A stretch of DNA of 64,000 bases. It comes from Nemertoderma westbladi. Its lineage: Eukaryota > Animalia > Xenacoelomorpha. The stretch is from positions 10,662-74,661 of the forward strand of contig JAUCBJ010004605.1 in the NCBI GenBank assembly GCA_032718475.1. Direction: 5' to 3'. The stretch's first letter is position 1. Each line of letters begins with the position of its first letter. The position numbers and the translations under genes were made by a program. This document shows positions 1 through 12,100 of the stretch, piece by piece. The notes below the pieces were generated by a model that was given only the letters and a program-made list of their open reading frames with translations, ran no database searches and was not told where the DNA came from.

Positions 1-160
1 CTTGCTTTCTAGGGGTTACTTACTAGGGATGGCTTACTAGGGCTTGCTTACTAGGTTTTGCTTACTAGTTTGCTTACTAGGGCTTACTTACTAGGTCTTG
101 CTTACTAGTTTGCTTACTAAGGCTTACTTACTAGGTCTTGCTTACTAGGGCTTGCTTATT
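1..160. repeat. Degenerate minisatellite (core GCTTACTAGG), truncated by the window edge
   Basis: About 10 imperfect copies of cttactag(g/t) seen directly. Confidence 0.8.
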
Positions 161-169
161 ATGCGTATT

Positions 170-414
170 ATGGGACATGGTGTATTCGGGGACATGGTGG
201 ATGGGACATGGTGTATTCTGGGGGATGGTGTATTCTGGGACATGGCGGATGGGACATGGTGTATTCTGGGACATGGTGTATTATGGGACATGGCGTATTA
301 TGGGACATGGTGTATTCTGGGGCATGGTGTATTCTGGGGCATGGTGTATTCTGGGGCATGGTGTATTCTGGGGCATGGTGTATTCTGGGACATGGTGTAT
401 TCTGGGACATGGTG
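170..414. repeat. Minisatellite, ~18-bp unit (GGGACATGGTGTATTCT)
   Basis: Tandem copies seen directly. The overlapping ORFs at 138-546 are repeat translations. Confidence 0.9.
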
Positions 415-1428
415 GACACTTCATTAAAGATTAGCAGTTGTATTATCATTGTTTTACGAACGAGTTTCCACGAACACAGAATGCTTGAGACTTCGATAGC
501 TAAACATAAAATCAGGCTGTCTCAACTCTTAGCCAAAATAATTTAACATTCATACATAACTAATAATGAAGGTTAGATTTCAAGTGAAAGTATGTAATAT
601 TTGCCAGGTAATTAATGGTTGTTAATAGTACGAATATGTAACAGCACACAATGTCCTTGCGATATTAATTCTACTCAATGTTTGACTATTTATTTGGCAT
701 GGAAACTATTTTGGGAGAATAACTCATATTTTGATGTGGGGCGAGTAATTATAATTTACTAATGGTTGCATTATATTGGGCTTATGTGGTGGTCTACACA
801 GATTATAATATGGAATTTGACCTACACATGTTATACTTTCTAAACTGCTTGGATTAACTATTGCACAAATTTTGCCAAATATTTACCAGCTGTATTTGGG
901 ATCGATAATTTGGAAGGAAACGTGTTTTTTAGATCTTATACTTAATGTAAATATTGATACATACTGAAAAGCCTTGGTTATTACTTTACGATAAATCCAT
1001 ATGATATCAATTTATAGTGAGGGTAATATCTAAATATTTTCAGTGGACTCAAAATCACTTTGAAGTGATTAATTTATCTAAAATATTTTAAGAAAAATTG
1101 TTTATTTGCAATTTTTGTGAATTTTTTATGTAGTGAAACAATGTTTCATTACATCGTATTATAGTGGGTAGCGCTTTCCAATATTATATTATTCGTTGAA
1201 TTCGGTTGTTTAATCTGTTATCATGTAAAGTTTAATATATCCATTTAAATAGTTAATTAATTATTCAATAAAAATTTAATATTATAATAAAGTTATTTAG
1301 TCGTTTTTAGGTTTTTAGATATTAAGTTATTTAAAGATATTAGTTGTTGATACTTAATTAATAATTATTGCGGACATAGATTTAAATATTTTGCATAAGT
1401 CTACTTCGCAATTGTTAGTGAAACTTAA

Positions 1429-2467
1429 ATGCAGGGAAGTCCAACTGAAATACTGAGAAATCCCACTGAAATGGCGGGAAATCAAACTGAAATTGTGGGA
1501 AATGCAATCGAAATGACGGGAAGTCCAACTGAAATGACGGGAAGTCCAACTGAAATGAAGGGAAGTCCAACTGAAATGACGGAAAGTCCAACTGAAATGA
1601 CGGGAAGTCCAACTGAAATGACGGGAAGTCCAACTGAAATGACGGGAAGTCCAACTGAAATTACGGGAATTCCAACTGAAATGACGGGAAGTCCAACTGA
1701 AATGACGGGAAGTCTCAGTGAGCTGCTCTATGGGGGCGGAAACAAATATGCTACTGATGGTGCAGTAGATCGACTCAACACCATTATAAACCGTCGGCGA
1801 CTTCTCCAGAGAGAGTCCAACGCTACTGGGTGCTCTAAGAATCGTGTACAATATAAGGTGGAGACAGTCAATGTCTTTAAATCGAAGAGAAAACGATTCA
1901 CGCCTTTGAAAAGGTCTGAAATAATTAACGATGTAGAAGAAGACGACACAGATAGAGAGACATTAACTTACGACATGGTAGACGCGCCGTTAGACCTGTC
2001 TATTAAAGCTAAACCGGCCAAACACAGAACCCAACTGCGGCCAATAGGCACCGGAAGTAAGTACACAAGGAAAACGAGACCAATCGGAACTTGGAATCCG
2101 ATAACGCATGACGTCACAAACATCGGGGATTACGGAATGATGGGAGTGACGTCAGAAGCGGATGGTGATGTCGGCACATCTGAGTACCAACTCGACGAAC
2201 TTTCGGGGGTCCCTCTGGACGATTCTCCTACCGACGAATACAGTTCGGATGGCAGCGAATGGGACGAACCGGATTTGGCGCCGACCAACGTTCTCCTTCA
2301 TCATATGACCAACAAAGCACCGCAGCCGCGCAGACCAGTCGCCTCCAAGGGGGATATCAGACGACGGGGATTCACAACAGACCGCGCAGTAGTAGCCAGC
2401 CAATCAGCGTCTTCTGTCGCCTATACGAGCTACACGCAGACTCTTGATTGGTCAATGAATCCTTCAG
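1429..2467 (+). CDS. CASZ1: Castor-like exon 1 (low-complexity N-terminus, PLDLS CtBP-binding motif)
   Basis: Open frame containing APLDLSIK. Donor CAG|GTTGGT at 2467/2468 is phase 1 and matches the acceptor at 3734. The 5' end is uncertain (ATG 1429, or an acceptor at 1434/1435). Confidence 0.6.
1435..1713 (+). repeat. Coding 21-bp minisatellite (GSPTEMT repeats)
   Basis: ggaagtccaactgaaatgacg repeated about 13 times in frame. Confidence 0.9.
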
Positions 2468-2553
2468 GTTGGTGCGTGGAACTGTCATGTTATGTTGCCG
2501 ATTGTGGGACAGTTGAGCACAGCTTAGCGAAATGGGTATTGACATCCAGGTGA

Positions 2554-2860
2554 AAGAGGTACGGTAGCCCAAACCCTTTTTCGAGAGCAAACTTTCTTTT
2601 TCTAATTTGATGCAGCATATCAAATTAACATTTAGACATGTCAAAATGTAATTGTCAAATTAATATTTTTAAGATGTCATAATGTCAAAATGTAAATTTG
2701 AAAATGATATTTTGACATGTCAAAATGACAATTTGAAAAATACATTTTGACGTTGTAAATTTGAAATTGATATTTTGACATGTCATGTCTAAATGTGAAT
2801 TTGGTATGCTGTATCAAATGATAAAAATAAAGTTTGCTCTCGAAAAAAGTACGGCCTCTT
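2554..2860. mobile_element. Foldback/MITE-like element with long imperfect inverted repeats
   Basis: tttttcgagagcaaacttt (about 2577) is inverted at aaagtttgctctcgaaaaa (about 2829). Inverted similarity continues inward (acatttagacatg / catgtctaaatgt). Confidence 0.6.
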
Positions 2861-3733
2861 TTGGTCACCGTGAAGCGGAAACTACTGGTTGGAATTCTGG
2901 TGGCTGTAAACATTTCTGACCATTCCCGACATTGCTAAGCTGTATGCTCAATCAAAAATGATAACGATATATTGACGATAATATAACGGTATAATGATAA
3001 TCCTATACAGTATCTCTATTGCATAGCTACTACACATACATGAATGAAATGTTCGTGAATGTTATTTATAAAATAAGCATCCAGCAAATAAGAATTCGTA
3101 AAATCTTTGAATGCTTCAGCTATTTTTCAACTAAATTCAGACATTAGTACATATGTGGAATCCTTACAACGAAAGCTTTTTAGTGATTATAGAAATAAGA
3201 GAGTGAATAGCGAAGAGTTTGATTTCGCAAAAGAAACCTTTTTAAAAGCTTAAAAAAATTTAGGCAAAATTTTAAAAATTTTTAGAAAACTTTGGGGGGG
3301 GGGGGTGTTGTGCGTGTCATCAGAAAATGACGCTATATTACGGGTCATGGTGTAATACCAATTGTAATGATTAGAAAAGGAAGGGGATTCTTGCATTCAG
3401 GAAATCATGGGGGTTAAGTATGTGTGTATGTATGTCTGTCTGTCTACAATTCATGTAATCTAGAGTCCAGGCTGGCTTGTCACTCCAGGTAATAACAAAC
3501 AGTTCCCTCCACTCTCAACCCAACCCCGTGTAGTTGACTACTGGGGACTATAAGTAGTTAACTATAATTATTGGCTATTAAACTTGGTTGTCTCTAAAGT
3601 ATCTGTTTTAGAGGATGTGTAGTGTGTACGTGTGTGCAGTAATGCTATTTTTGTTTGTCTATCGACGGCTTATTGTATAGAGTTCTGCCTGTTTTGGCTG
3701 TTTTAAGTTACCAAATTAATTTGCCTTCCATAG

Positions 3734-3960
3734 GACCCACAAACACCAGCATAGAAGCTAATAGATGGCTGCCCGAAGAGCCATCAAATATAATTAGCCA
3801 ATCAGCAGCTGGGAATACAACACTGGTAGAAGGAATGGCCAATCACCCGTACGGGAAATACCTTGCCAAGTATGGCACCAAGTTCCTGTGTGGAGTTCCT
3901 TTCTGTCAAACAAGTTTCAGAGAACACTTCCACTGCAAATCCGCCGGATGTTACAATATG
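3734..3960 (+). CDS. CASZ1: Castor-like exon 2 (start of first zinc finger)
   Basis: ccatag| acceptor and ATG|GTGAGT donor. Encodes KFLCGVPFCQTSFREHFHCKSAGCYNM. Confidence 0.9.
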
Positions 3961-5010
3961 GTGAGTTGTGTGATAATGTTACAATATGGCGAGTTGTGTG
4001 ATAATGTTACAATACAATATGGTAGGTTGTGTGATAATGTTACTGTTACAATATGGTAAGTTGTGTGATAATGTTACTGTTACTGTTACAATATGGTGAG
4101 TTGAGTGATCATGTTATAATATGGCGAGTTGTGTGATAATGTTACAATATGGCGAGTTGTGTTATAATGTTACAATACAATATGGTAGGTTGTGTGATAA
4201 TGTTACTGTTACAATATGGTGAGTTGTGTGATAATGTTACAATATGGCGAGTTGTGTGATAATGTTACAATATGGCGAGTTGTGTGATAATGTTACAATA
4301 CAATATGGTAAGTTGTGTGATAATATTACTGTTACAATATGGTGAGTTGTGTGATAATGTTACAATATGGTGAGTTGTGTGATAATGTTACAATATGGCG
4401 AGTTGTGTGATAATGTTACAATATGGCGAGTTGTGTGATAATGTTACAATACAATATGGTGAGTTGTGTGATAATGTTACAATATGGTGAGTTGTGTGAT
4501 AATGTTACTGTTACAATATGGTGAGTTGTGTGATAATGTTACAATATGGCGAGTTGTGTGATAATGTTACAATACAATATGGTAAGTTGTGTGATAATGT
4601 TACTGTTACAATATGGTAAGTTGTGTGATAATGTTACTGTTACAATATGGTGAGTTGTGTGATAATGTTACTGTTACAATATGGTGTGTTGTGTGATAAT
4701 GTTACAATATGGTGAGTTGTGTGATAATGTTACAATTGGTGAGTTGTGTGAGATAATATGTTACAATATGGTGAGTTGTGTGAGATAATAATGTTACAAT
4801 ATATGGTGAGTTGTGTGAGATAATATGTTACAATATGGTGAGTTGTGTGATAATGTTACAATATGGTGAGTTGTGTGAGATAATAATGTTACAATATGGT
4901 GAGTTGTGTGAGATAATATGTTACAATATGGTGAGTTGTGTGATAATGTTACAATATGGTGAGTTGTGTGAGATAATAATGTTACAATATATGGTGAGTT
5001 GTGTGAGATA
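3949..5010 (+). repeat. 28-bp tandem array derived from the exon 2 / intron 2 junction
   Basis: Unit TGTTACAATATG|GTGAGTTGTGTGATAA with small indel variants, roughly 35 copies. Confidence 0.95.
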
Positions 5011-5269
5011 TAACGCTAGAAGTTTTATTTATTCAAAACGCCAGCCTTTCTGGTTTAGCTGCTTCAAGAAGTCAGTCTGTTAATTTAATTAAAATTGAAC
5101 CATATAACTTACTTACGCATAAGACTTAACTTTTCATACTTATTTAATAAGCATATAGAGTCAGTGCTGTTATAAGTTAAACATGTGACTTGGAGGTACG
5201 TCACATAAGGAAAGGATAGCTAATTATCCGGATATCCGATATGTTAATTAACCCACACGGTACATTTAG

Positions 5270-5434
5270 AAATTATCGCGAAAGGAAGATGTTATTCGCC
5301 ATTTCAACTACCACAAGAAAAAAGACCAAAGCTTAGCCTACGGGTTCATGAGATTCTGCCAGACGGAAAACTGCGACGCTTCGTACCCCGATTGTAAACT
5401 TAACAAACTTCATACTCACTACCACTGCTTGCAG
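5270..5434 (+). CDS. CASZ1: Castor-like exon 3
   Basis: tttag| ... CAG|GTAAAC. Encodes KLSRKEDVIRHFNYHKKKDQSLAYGFMRFC..THYHCLQ. Phase 0/0. Confidence 0.95.
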
Positions 5435-5790
5435 GTAAACAAAGCAATATTTAATAATTTATTGTTACGGTATTATTCTACACATGATAACGGCAATCAT
5501 CGGGTTCCATCATACTTGAATTCGTATTTACTTTCAGTATATATGAGATATCTATAGTTCTTTGTCAATTATTACTGATTTTTGTGAGGATCCTGGGGGA
5601 ATAAAGAACATGATTGGGTGGATGGTTGGTTACGGATGTTGAACATTGGGAGTTAGTGTGGCACCCTCCCTGCCTTATAGGTAACAGCCAAGAGAACGCA
5701 GACAGGAACGCAGGTTGCCCCCAGTGTTTCCGGTTTCGCGGTCGTCCTACGATTGTACTGCATCTACTATGTATGCTAATTCCCTTGCAG

Positions 5791-5963
5791 AAAGGATGCC
5801 GCCGTGTGTACACCAGCACATCCGACGTTCTATCGCATAGAAACTTTCACGACAAATACTCGGCTTTGGTACACGATGGATTCCAACGGTACAGCGCGGC
5901 AGAAGATTGCGGGATATCGGTGTGTCCCTTCTACTGGGACCGGACAACTCACTTCCACTGTCT
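5791..5963 (+). CDS. CASZ1: Castor-like exon 4
   Basis: ttgcag| ... CT|GTAAGT. Encodes [31 protein letters not shown]. Phase 0/2. Confidence 0.95.
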
Positions 5964-6091
5964 GTAAGTGAATAACCAAATAACAACCAGCTTTCACTAT
6001 CTGTATAACTAAGTAAGAACCTAATTCCATTGTCTGTAGCATAATATAACGCATAAGAAGGCTCTGTCTAATTGATATTTCCTAATTACAG

Positions 6092-6225
6092 GCGATCTGA
6101 TTGTAACTTTGCGTTTAAACAGAAGTGCGACATAGAGAAACACAAGGGTTACCACATCAGAGATTTCCAATATAGAGAACAAGGGTTCCGCAAATACAGC
6201 AAATATGAATTGTGTCCATTTAATG
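6092..6225 (+). CDS. CASZ1: Castor-like exon 5
   Basis: ttacag| ... G|GTAATT. Encodes RSDCNFAFKQKCDIEKHKGYHIRD..GFRKYSKYELCPFN. Phase 2/1. Absent from the ORF track. Confidence 0.95.
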
Positions 6226-6362
6226 GTAATTTAAATATTAACTATTAACATATTGGGCCGGAGATATATAACAATCAGAAATTATTTATAAGTAACAAAT
6301 TTTACTGTATAATTTAAAATACTAACTGTTTTAAATAACATAAAACAATTACATTCAAATAG

Positions 6363-6632
6363 GGTGTCAATTTAAGAACAGATACAATCACTTCCATTGC
6401 CTTATACCTGGGTGTGAGTTCAACTTTACGGCGGCCAATCAGATAGCTGCACACAAACGCAAGCATGAACGACATGTACAACAAATCGCCGCGGAGAGAC
6501 AAAAGAATGTGCGACCATATCTTAAAGATATTCACTTGGAAATTCCGCCGCCACATAATAATAATACACGGTCAGAAACCCAGGAAGAAAAAATAGTAAA
6601 ATTAGAAGATTTTACTCCAAACACTAACACAG
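6363..6632 (+). CDS. CASZ1: Castor-like exon 6
   Basis: aaatag| ... AG|GTAGGT. Encodes CQFKNRYNHFHCLIPGCEFNFTAANQIAAHKRKHERH. Phase 1/1. Absent from the ORF track. Confidence 0.9.
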
Positions 6633-7564
6633 GTAGGTGTTAGGTTAGATTAAACGTTAGGTGTTATTATATTTACACCTATATCTTGTGTCTATAATCT
6701 AACTCTTATGTTATCACTAGACCTCCGGTCCTTGTCCGTCCATGTAACTATAATTATTACTATTTATTCCACAAAATTACGATTTATAGACGCCGTCTCT
6801 GGAATATAGATTGGCCTTTATTCCTACAAAGATGGGAGTGAAACAAAGGTACCTAAATATCGTGCGATTTTCTGTACTGGTACTGCTGTAAACATGCTAA
6901 CCCTATCAAAACAGCAACACAATTCGTTAAATTTGGGCAGTACCTTTTATTTATAGGTACATATAGGTGGTACCTTTATAGGCAGCCGACTGTACCTGTA
7001 CCTTTTAAGAATTTCAGCTAATAAGCAGATAAGTGATATATAAAGATTTATATTATTTTTCACTGCAATTTTATTTTAGCTAAGAAGACTTTTAATTAAG
7101 GGGGGCTTTGTTCATAATTTTAAAGCAGTTTTACCTTTTTTCTTTCAGTAATTTTAAAGTGTTGTTTAATCTGTGTTGTGATTATAATTAAGAATACCTT
7201 TTCCTCTTTACATTCCATTCAGTGTAAAAATTATTTTAATAATGAAAACGTCTGCGACTTATGTAGTTAGCAGTTTCATATTTTGTTCATGTGAGACAAA
7301 AATACAAGCTAATAGCAATACTGCCTGGTGGTACAACAGCAGCACAGCATAACAAGCTCTGTCTACTTACACACATACAGTGAGAGTAGGCCTATGGAAT
7401 ATTCGGTTGCAATTCGATGTTGGGAAAAAAATTAAAAAGTAATTTGTGTTCGAGTTACGTTTTAAGTTAATTTAAATTAGTTTCTTTAAATTAGTATTAC
7501 CGTAAATTAGTTTTCAATATATTATCATCACTGAACCTGTATTCTGTCGTATTATTTACATTAT

Positions 7565-7765
7565 TTTGGAGGGATCCCTTTTGGATGTCCTTATTCCTCA
7601 CACGTGTTTGTTTGTTTGTTTGTGGGTTTGTTTGTGTGTTTGTACACACAACTTCTTTCACCTAATGTTGATGGAATTGGATGAAACTCTGATGATAGGT
7701 TCATGTTGTGCTCAGCTTGTGTATGCAAGGTTTTGGTTGCTAGGGACCTGTTGGTTGCCTAGCAA
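7565..7765. mobile_element. Possible short interspersed repeat fragment with (GTTT)n microsatellite
   Basis: A short head followed by a tetranucleotide microsatellite resembles HINE/MITE 5' ends. Not verified. Confidence 0.3.
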
Positions 7766-8107
7766 CAGTGAAATTAATTCTATAATGACTGATTATAATC
7801 GTATAATTCACTCAATCAAAATTCTGTCGACACCCCATAGGGAGTATCTATTGGACTTGCTTTCTGCAAAATTTCGCTTTATTTCGTTCAGAATTGTAGA
7901 TACATTTCCTACTGACAGTGTTTTTTTTAACCTACAGTACTTTACTACTATACAGTATATACATACTATTGCCCGATGTTTCGTTATTAGGCTGCCCTGC
8001 ATAGACGCGTAATTTATTACAACAATATTGATAGCAATGGATCCGTCCATTATTGCCAGCTCTCGCTGGCAAGCTTGTAAAACTTGTTTATTACATTTTC
8101 ACATTAG

Positions 8108-8442
8108 ATACAACCACAAGAGACCACAAAGCGATAAAACAAGAGCAACGCAAACCAACTTCGACCGAGGGATACCTAACACCTCCGAAACTATCTATTG
8201 ACGAAAGGAATAGAGTCCCCAGGGATTGCGACAACACACCCGATAATTACAAATTACCCGGTAATTACAAATTAGCCAATCAAATTCAACAGGTCTTAAA
8301 TCCCATACTCCTCCACGCCAATGCTGATAGTCCCCATAAGTTAAAAGCAATAAATTCTGCGAGCCAAATCATAGGGCAGGATGGTTCTTTATCTAATGAG
8401 GCTAGGGGAATGTTACAACTTGCACAAAGTTTGGATATGAAG
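8108..8442 (+). CDS. CASZ1: Castor-like exon 7 (linker)
   Basis: cattag| ... AAG|GTTAGC. Open frame, and phase 1/0 fits both neighbours. Confidence 0.8.
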
Positions 8443-8624
8443 GTTAGCATTACATTATTTGATATTTTTAATCTAATTCTCAAGCTTCGAAAAGTAAAGA
8501 ATGGCCGATGTAGGAACAAATTAAATGAAATATCGACGGGTCAGGTCAGACAAACATACAATTAGAGAGATACACCGTTAGCTTATCAACTCAACAAAAC
8601 CTGTACATTTCCAATATATTTCAG

Positions 8625-8767
8625 GGAACCAATTTAGATATGGGAATGTCATTGAATCTCAGCTCAGGAACGATGGAGTCGGGGAGCCCCATCGATGCAA
8701 CTATTACACAATATCAAGAATTGATCTGTTTTTGTGCAAATAACCGCTTTTCATTCCACGACAATAA
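8625..8767 (+). CDS. CASZ1: Castor-like exon 8
   Basis: tttcag| ... AA|GTAAGT. Encodes GTNLDMGMSLNLSSG... Phase 0/2 fits both neighbours. Confidence 0.8.
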
Positions 8768-9062
8768 GTAAGTTGAATTAGTAAGATTAAGACTTGGGGT
8801 GGGGATGGAGGTGGGGGTGTGGGTTTGGGTGGGGGTGGGGGTGGTGGGGGTTCCGTTTCCCATAACCCTTCTGCTGAATGTTAGCTAAATAACTACCATT
8901 ACCTCTATGGGGTATAGTTCCGGGGGGACCACATAGAAAAATAAGTCATCAGACTTTGTGCGTAAACCCAAACTGCTCGGCCGAAGTAAACGTTCCTTTT
9001 TACTCATTTGCTTTTTACCATGGATATATACTTTGCCCAAACATTGTCAATGTTTGTTACAG

Positions 9063-9195
9063 AAATCCCTGTTCGGCAAAAAAATGCAAATATTCCCGGA
9101 AACAAGAAGTCCATGTTCACTGCACCGAATATCTATGTCCATTCGCGTCCAAAGAAAGTAAAGAAATTGGAGAACATTACACGAAACATACACAG
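9063..9195 (+). CDS. CASZ1: Castor-like exon 9 (zinc finger)
   Basis: ttacag| ... CAG|GTGAGT. Encodes NPCSAKKCKYSRKQEVHVHCTEYLCPF..EHYTKHTQ. Phase 2/0. Confidence 0.85.
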
Positions 9196-12100
9196 GTGAG
9201 TAGCGAACATTACACGAAACATACACAGGTGAGTGGAGAACATTACACGAAACATACACAGGTGAGTGGAGAACATTACACGAAACATACACAGGTGAGT
9301 AGCGAACGAGTAGAGAACATTACACGAAACATACACAGGTGAGTAGCGAACGAGTGGAGAACATTACACGAAACATACACAGGTGAGTAGCGAACGAGTA
9401 AAGAGAACATTACACGAAACATACACAGGTGAGTAGAGAACGAGTGGAGAACATTACACGAAACATACACAGGTGAGTGGAGAACATTACACGAAACATA
9501 CACAGGTGAGTAGAGAACGAGTGGAGAACATTACACGAAACATACACAGGTGAGTAGCGAACGAGTAAAGAGAACATTACACGAAACATACACAGGTGAG
9601 TAGAGAACGAGTGGAGAACATTACACGAAACATACACAGGTGAGTGGAGAACATTACACGAAACATACACAGGTGAGTAGCGAACGAGTGGAGAACATTA
9701 CACGAAACATACACAGGTGAGTAGCGAACGAGTGGAGAACATTACACGAAACATACACAGGTGAGTAGCGAACGAGTGGAGAACATTACACGAAACATAC
9801 ACAGGTGAGTAGCGAACGAGTAGAGAACATTACACGAAACATACACAGGTGAGTAGCGAACGAGTAAAGAGAACATTACACGAAACATACACAGGTGAGT
9901 AGCGAACGAGTGGAGAACATTACACGAAACATACACAGGTGAGTAGCGAACGAGTGGAGAACATTACACGAAACATACACAGGTGAGTAGAGAACGAGTA
10001 AAGAGAACATTACACGAAACATACACAGGTGAGTGGAGAACATTACACGAAACATACACAGGTGAGTAGCGAACGAGTGGAGAACATTACACGAAACATA
10101 CACAGGTGAGTAGCGAACGAGTGGAGAACATTACACGAAACATACACAGGTGAGTAGAGAACATTACACGAAACATACACAGGTGAGTAGAGAACATTAC
10201 ACGAAACATACACAGGTGAGTAGAGAACATTACACGAAACATACACAGGTGAGTAGAGAACATTACACGAAACATACACAGGTGAGTAGAGAACATTACA
10301 CGAAACATACACAGGTGAGTAGCGAACGAGTGGAGAACATTACACGAAACATACACAGGTGAGTAGCGAACGAGTGGAGAACATTACACGAAACATACAC
10401 AGGTGAGTAGAGAACATTACACGAAACATACACAGGTGAGTAGCGAACGAGTGGAGAACATTACACGAAACATACACAGGTGAGTAGAGAACATTACACG
10501 AAACATACACAGGTGAGTAGAGAACGTTACACGAAACATACACAGGTGAGTGGAGAACGAGTGGAGAACATTACACGAAACATACACAGGTGAGTAGAGA
10601 ACATTACACGAAACATACACAGGTGAGTAGCGAACGAGTGGAGAACATTACACGAAACATACACAGGTGAGTAGCGAACATTACACGAAACATACACAGG
10701 TGAGTGGAGAACGAGTGGAGAACATTACACGAAACATACACAGGTGAGTAGAGAACATTACACGAAACATACACAGGTGAGTAGCGAACGAGTGGAGAAC
10801 ATTACACGAAACATACACAGGTGAGTAGCGAACGAGTGGAGAACATTACACGAAACATACACAGGTGAGTAGCGAACGAGTGGAGAACATTACACGAAAC
10901 ATACACAGGTGAGTAGAGAACATTACACGAAACATACACAGGTGAGTGGAGAACATTACACGAAACATACACAGGTGAGTAGCGAACGAGTGGAGAACAT
11001 TACACGAAACATACACAGGTGAGTAGAGAACATTACACGAAACATACACAGGTGAGTGGAGAACATTACACGAAACATACACAGGTGAGTGGAGAACGAG
11101 TGGAGAACATTACACGAAACATACACAGGTGAGTAGCGAACGAGTGGAGAACATTACACGAAACATACACAGGTGAGTAGCGAACGAGTGGAGAACATTA
11201 CACGAAACATACACAGGTGAGTAGAGAACATTACACGAAACATACACAGGTGAGTGGAGAACATTACACGAAACATACACAGGTGAGTAGCGAACGAGTG
11301 GAGAACATTACACGAAACATACACAGGTGAGTAGAGAACATTACACGAAACATACACAGGTGAGTGGAGAACATTACACGAAACATACACAGGTGAGTGG
11401 AGAACATTACACGAAACATACACAGGTGAGTAGCGAACGAGTGGAGAACATTACACGAAACATACACAGGTGAGTAGCGAACGAGTAGAGAACATTACAC
11501 GAAACATACACAGGTGAGTAGCGAACATTACACGAAACATACACAGGTGAGTAGAGAACATTACACGAAACATACACAGGTGAGTGGAGAACATTACACG
11601 AAACATACACAGGTGAGTAGCGAACGAGTGGAGAACATTACACGAAACATACACAGGTGAGTAGCGAACGAGTGGAGAACATTACACGAAACATACACAG
11701 GTGAGTAGCGAACGAGTGGAGAACATTACACGAAACATACACAGGTGAGTAGAGAACATTACACGAAACATACACAGGTGAGTGGAGAACATTACACGAA
11801 ACATACACAGGTGAGTAGCGAACGAGTGGAGAACATTACACGAAACATACACAGGTGAGTAGAGAACATTACACGAAACATACACAGGTGAGTGGAGAAC
11901 ATTACACGAAACATACACAGGTGAGTGGAGAACATTACACGAAACATACACAGGTGAGTAGCGAACGAGTGGAGAACATTACACGAAACATACACAGGTG
12001 AGTAGCGAACGAGTAGAGAACATTACACGAAACATACACAGGTGAGTAGCGAACATTACACGAAACATACACAGGTGAGTAGAGAACATTACACGAAACA

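Noticed and set aside
138-546. Short ORFs as protein-coding genes, or a fourth donor-derived array
   Set aside because: They are repeat translations, and no adjacent exon can be shown for ATG|GTGTAT.
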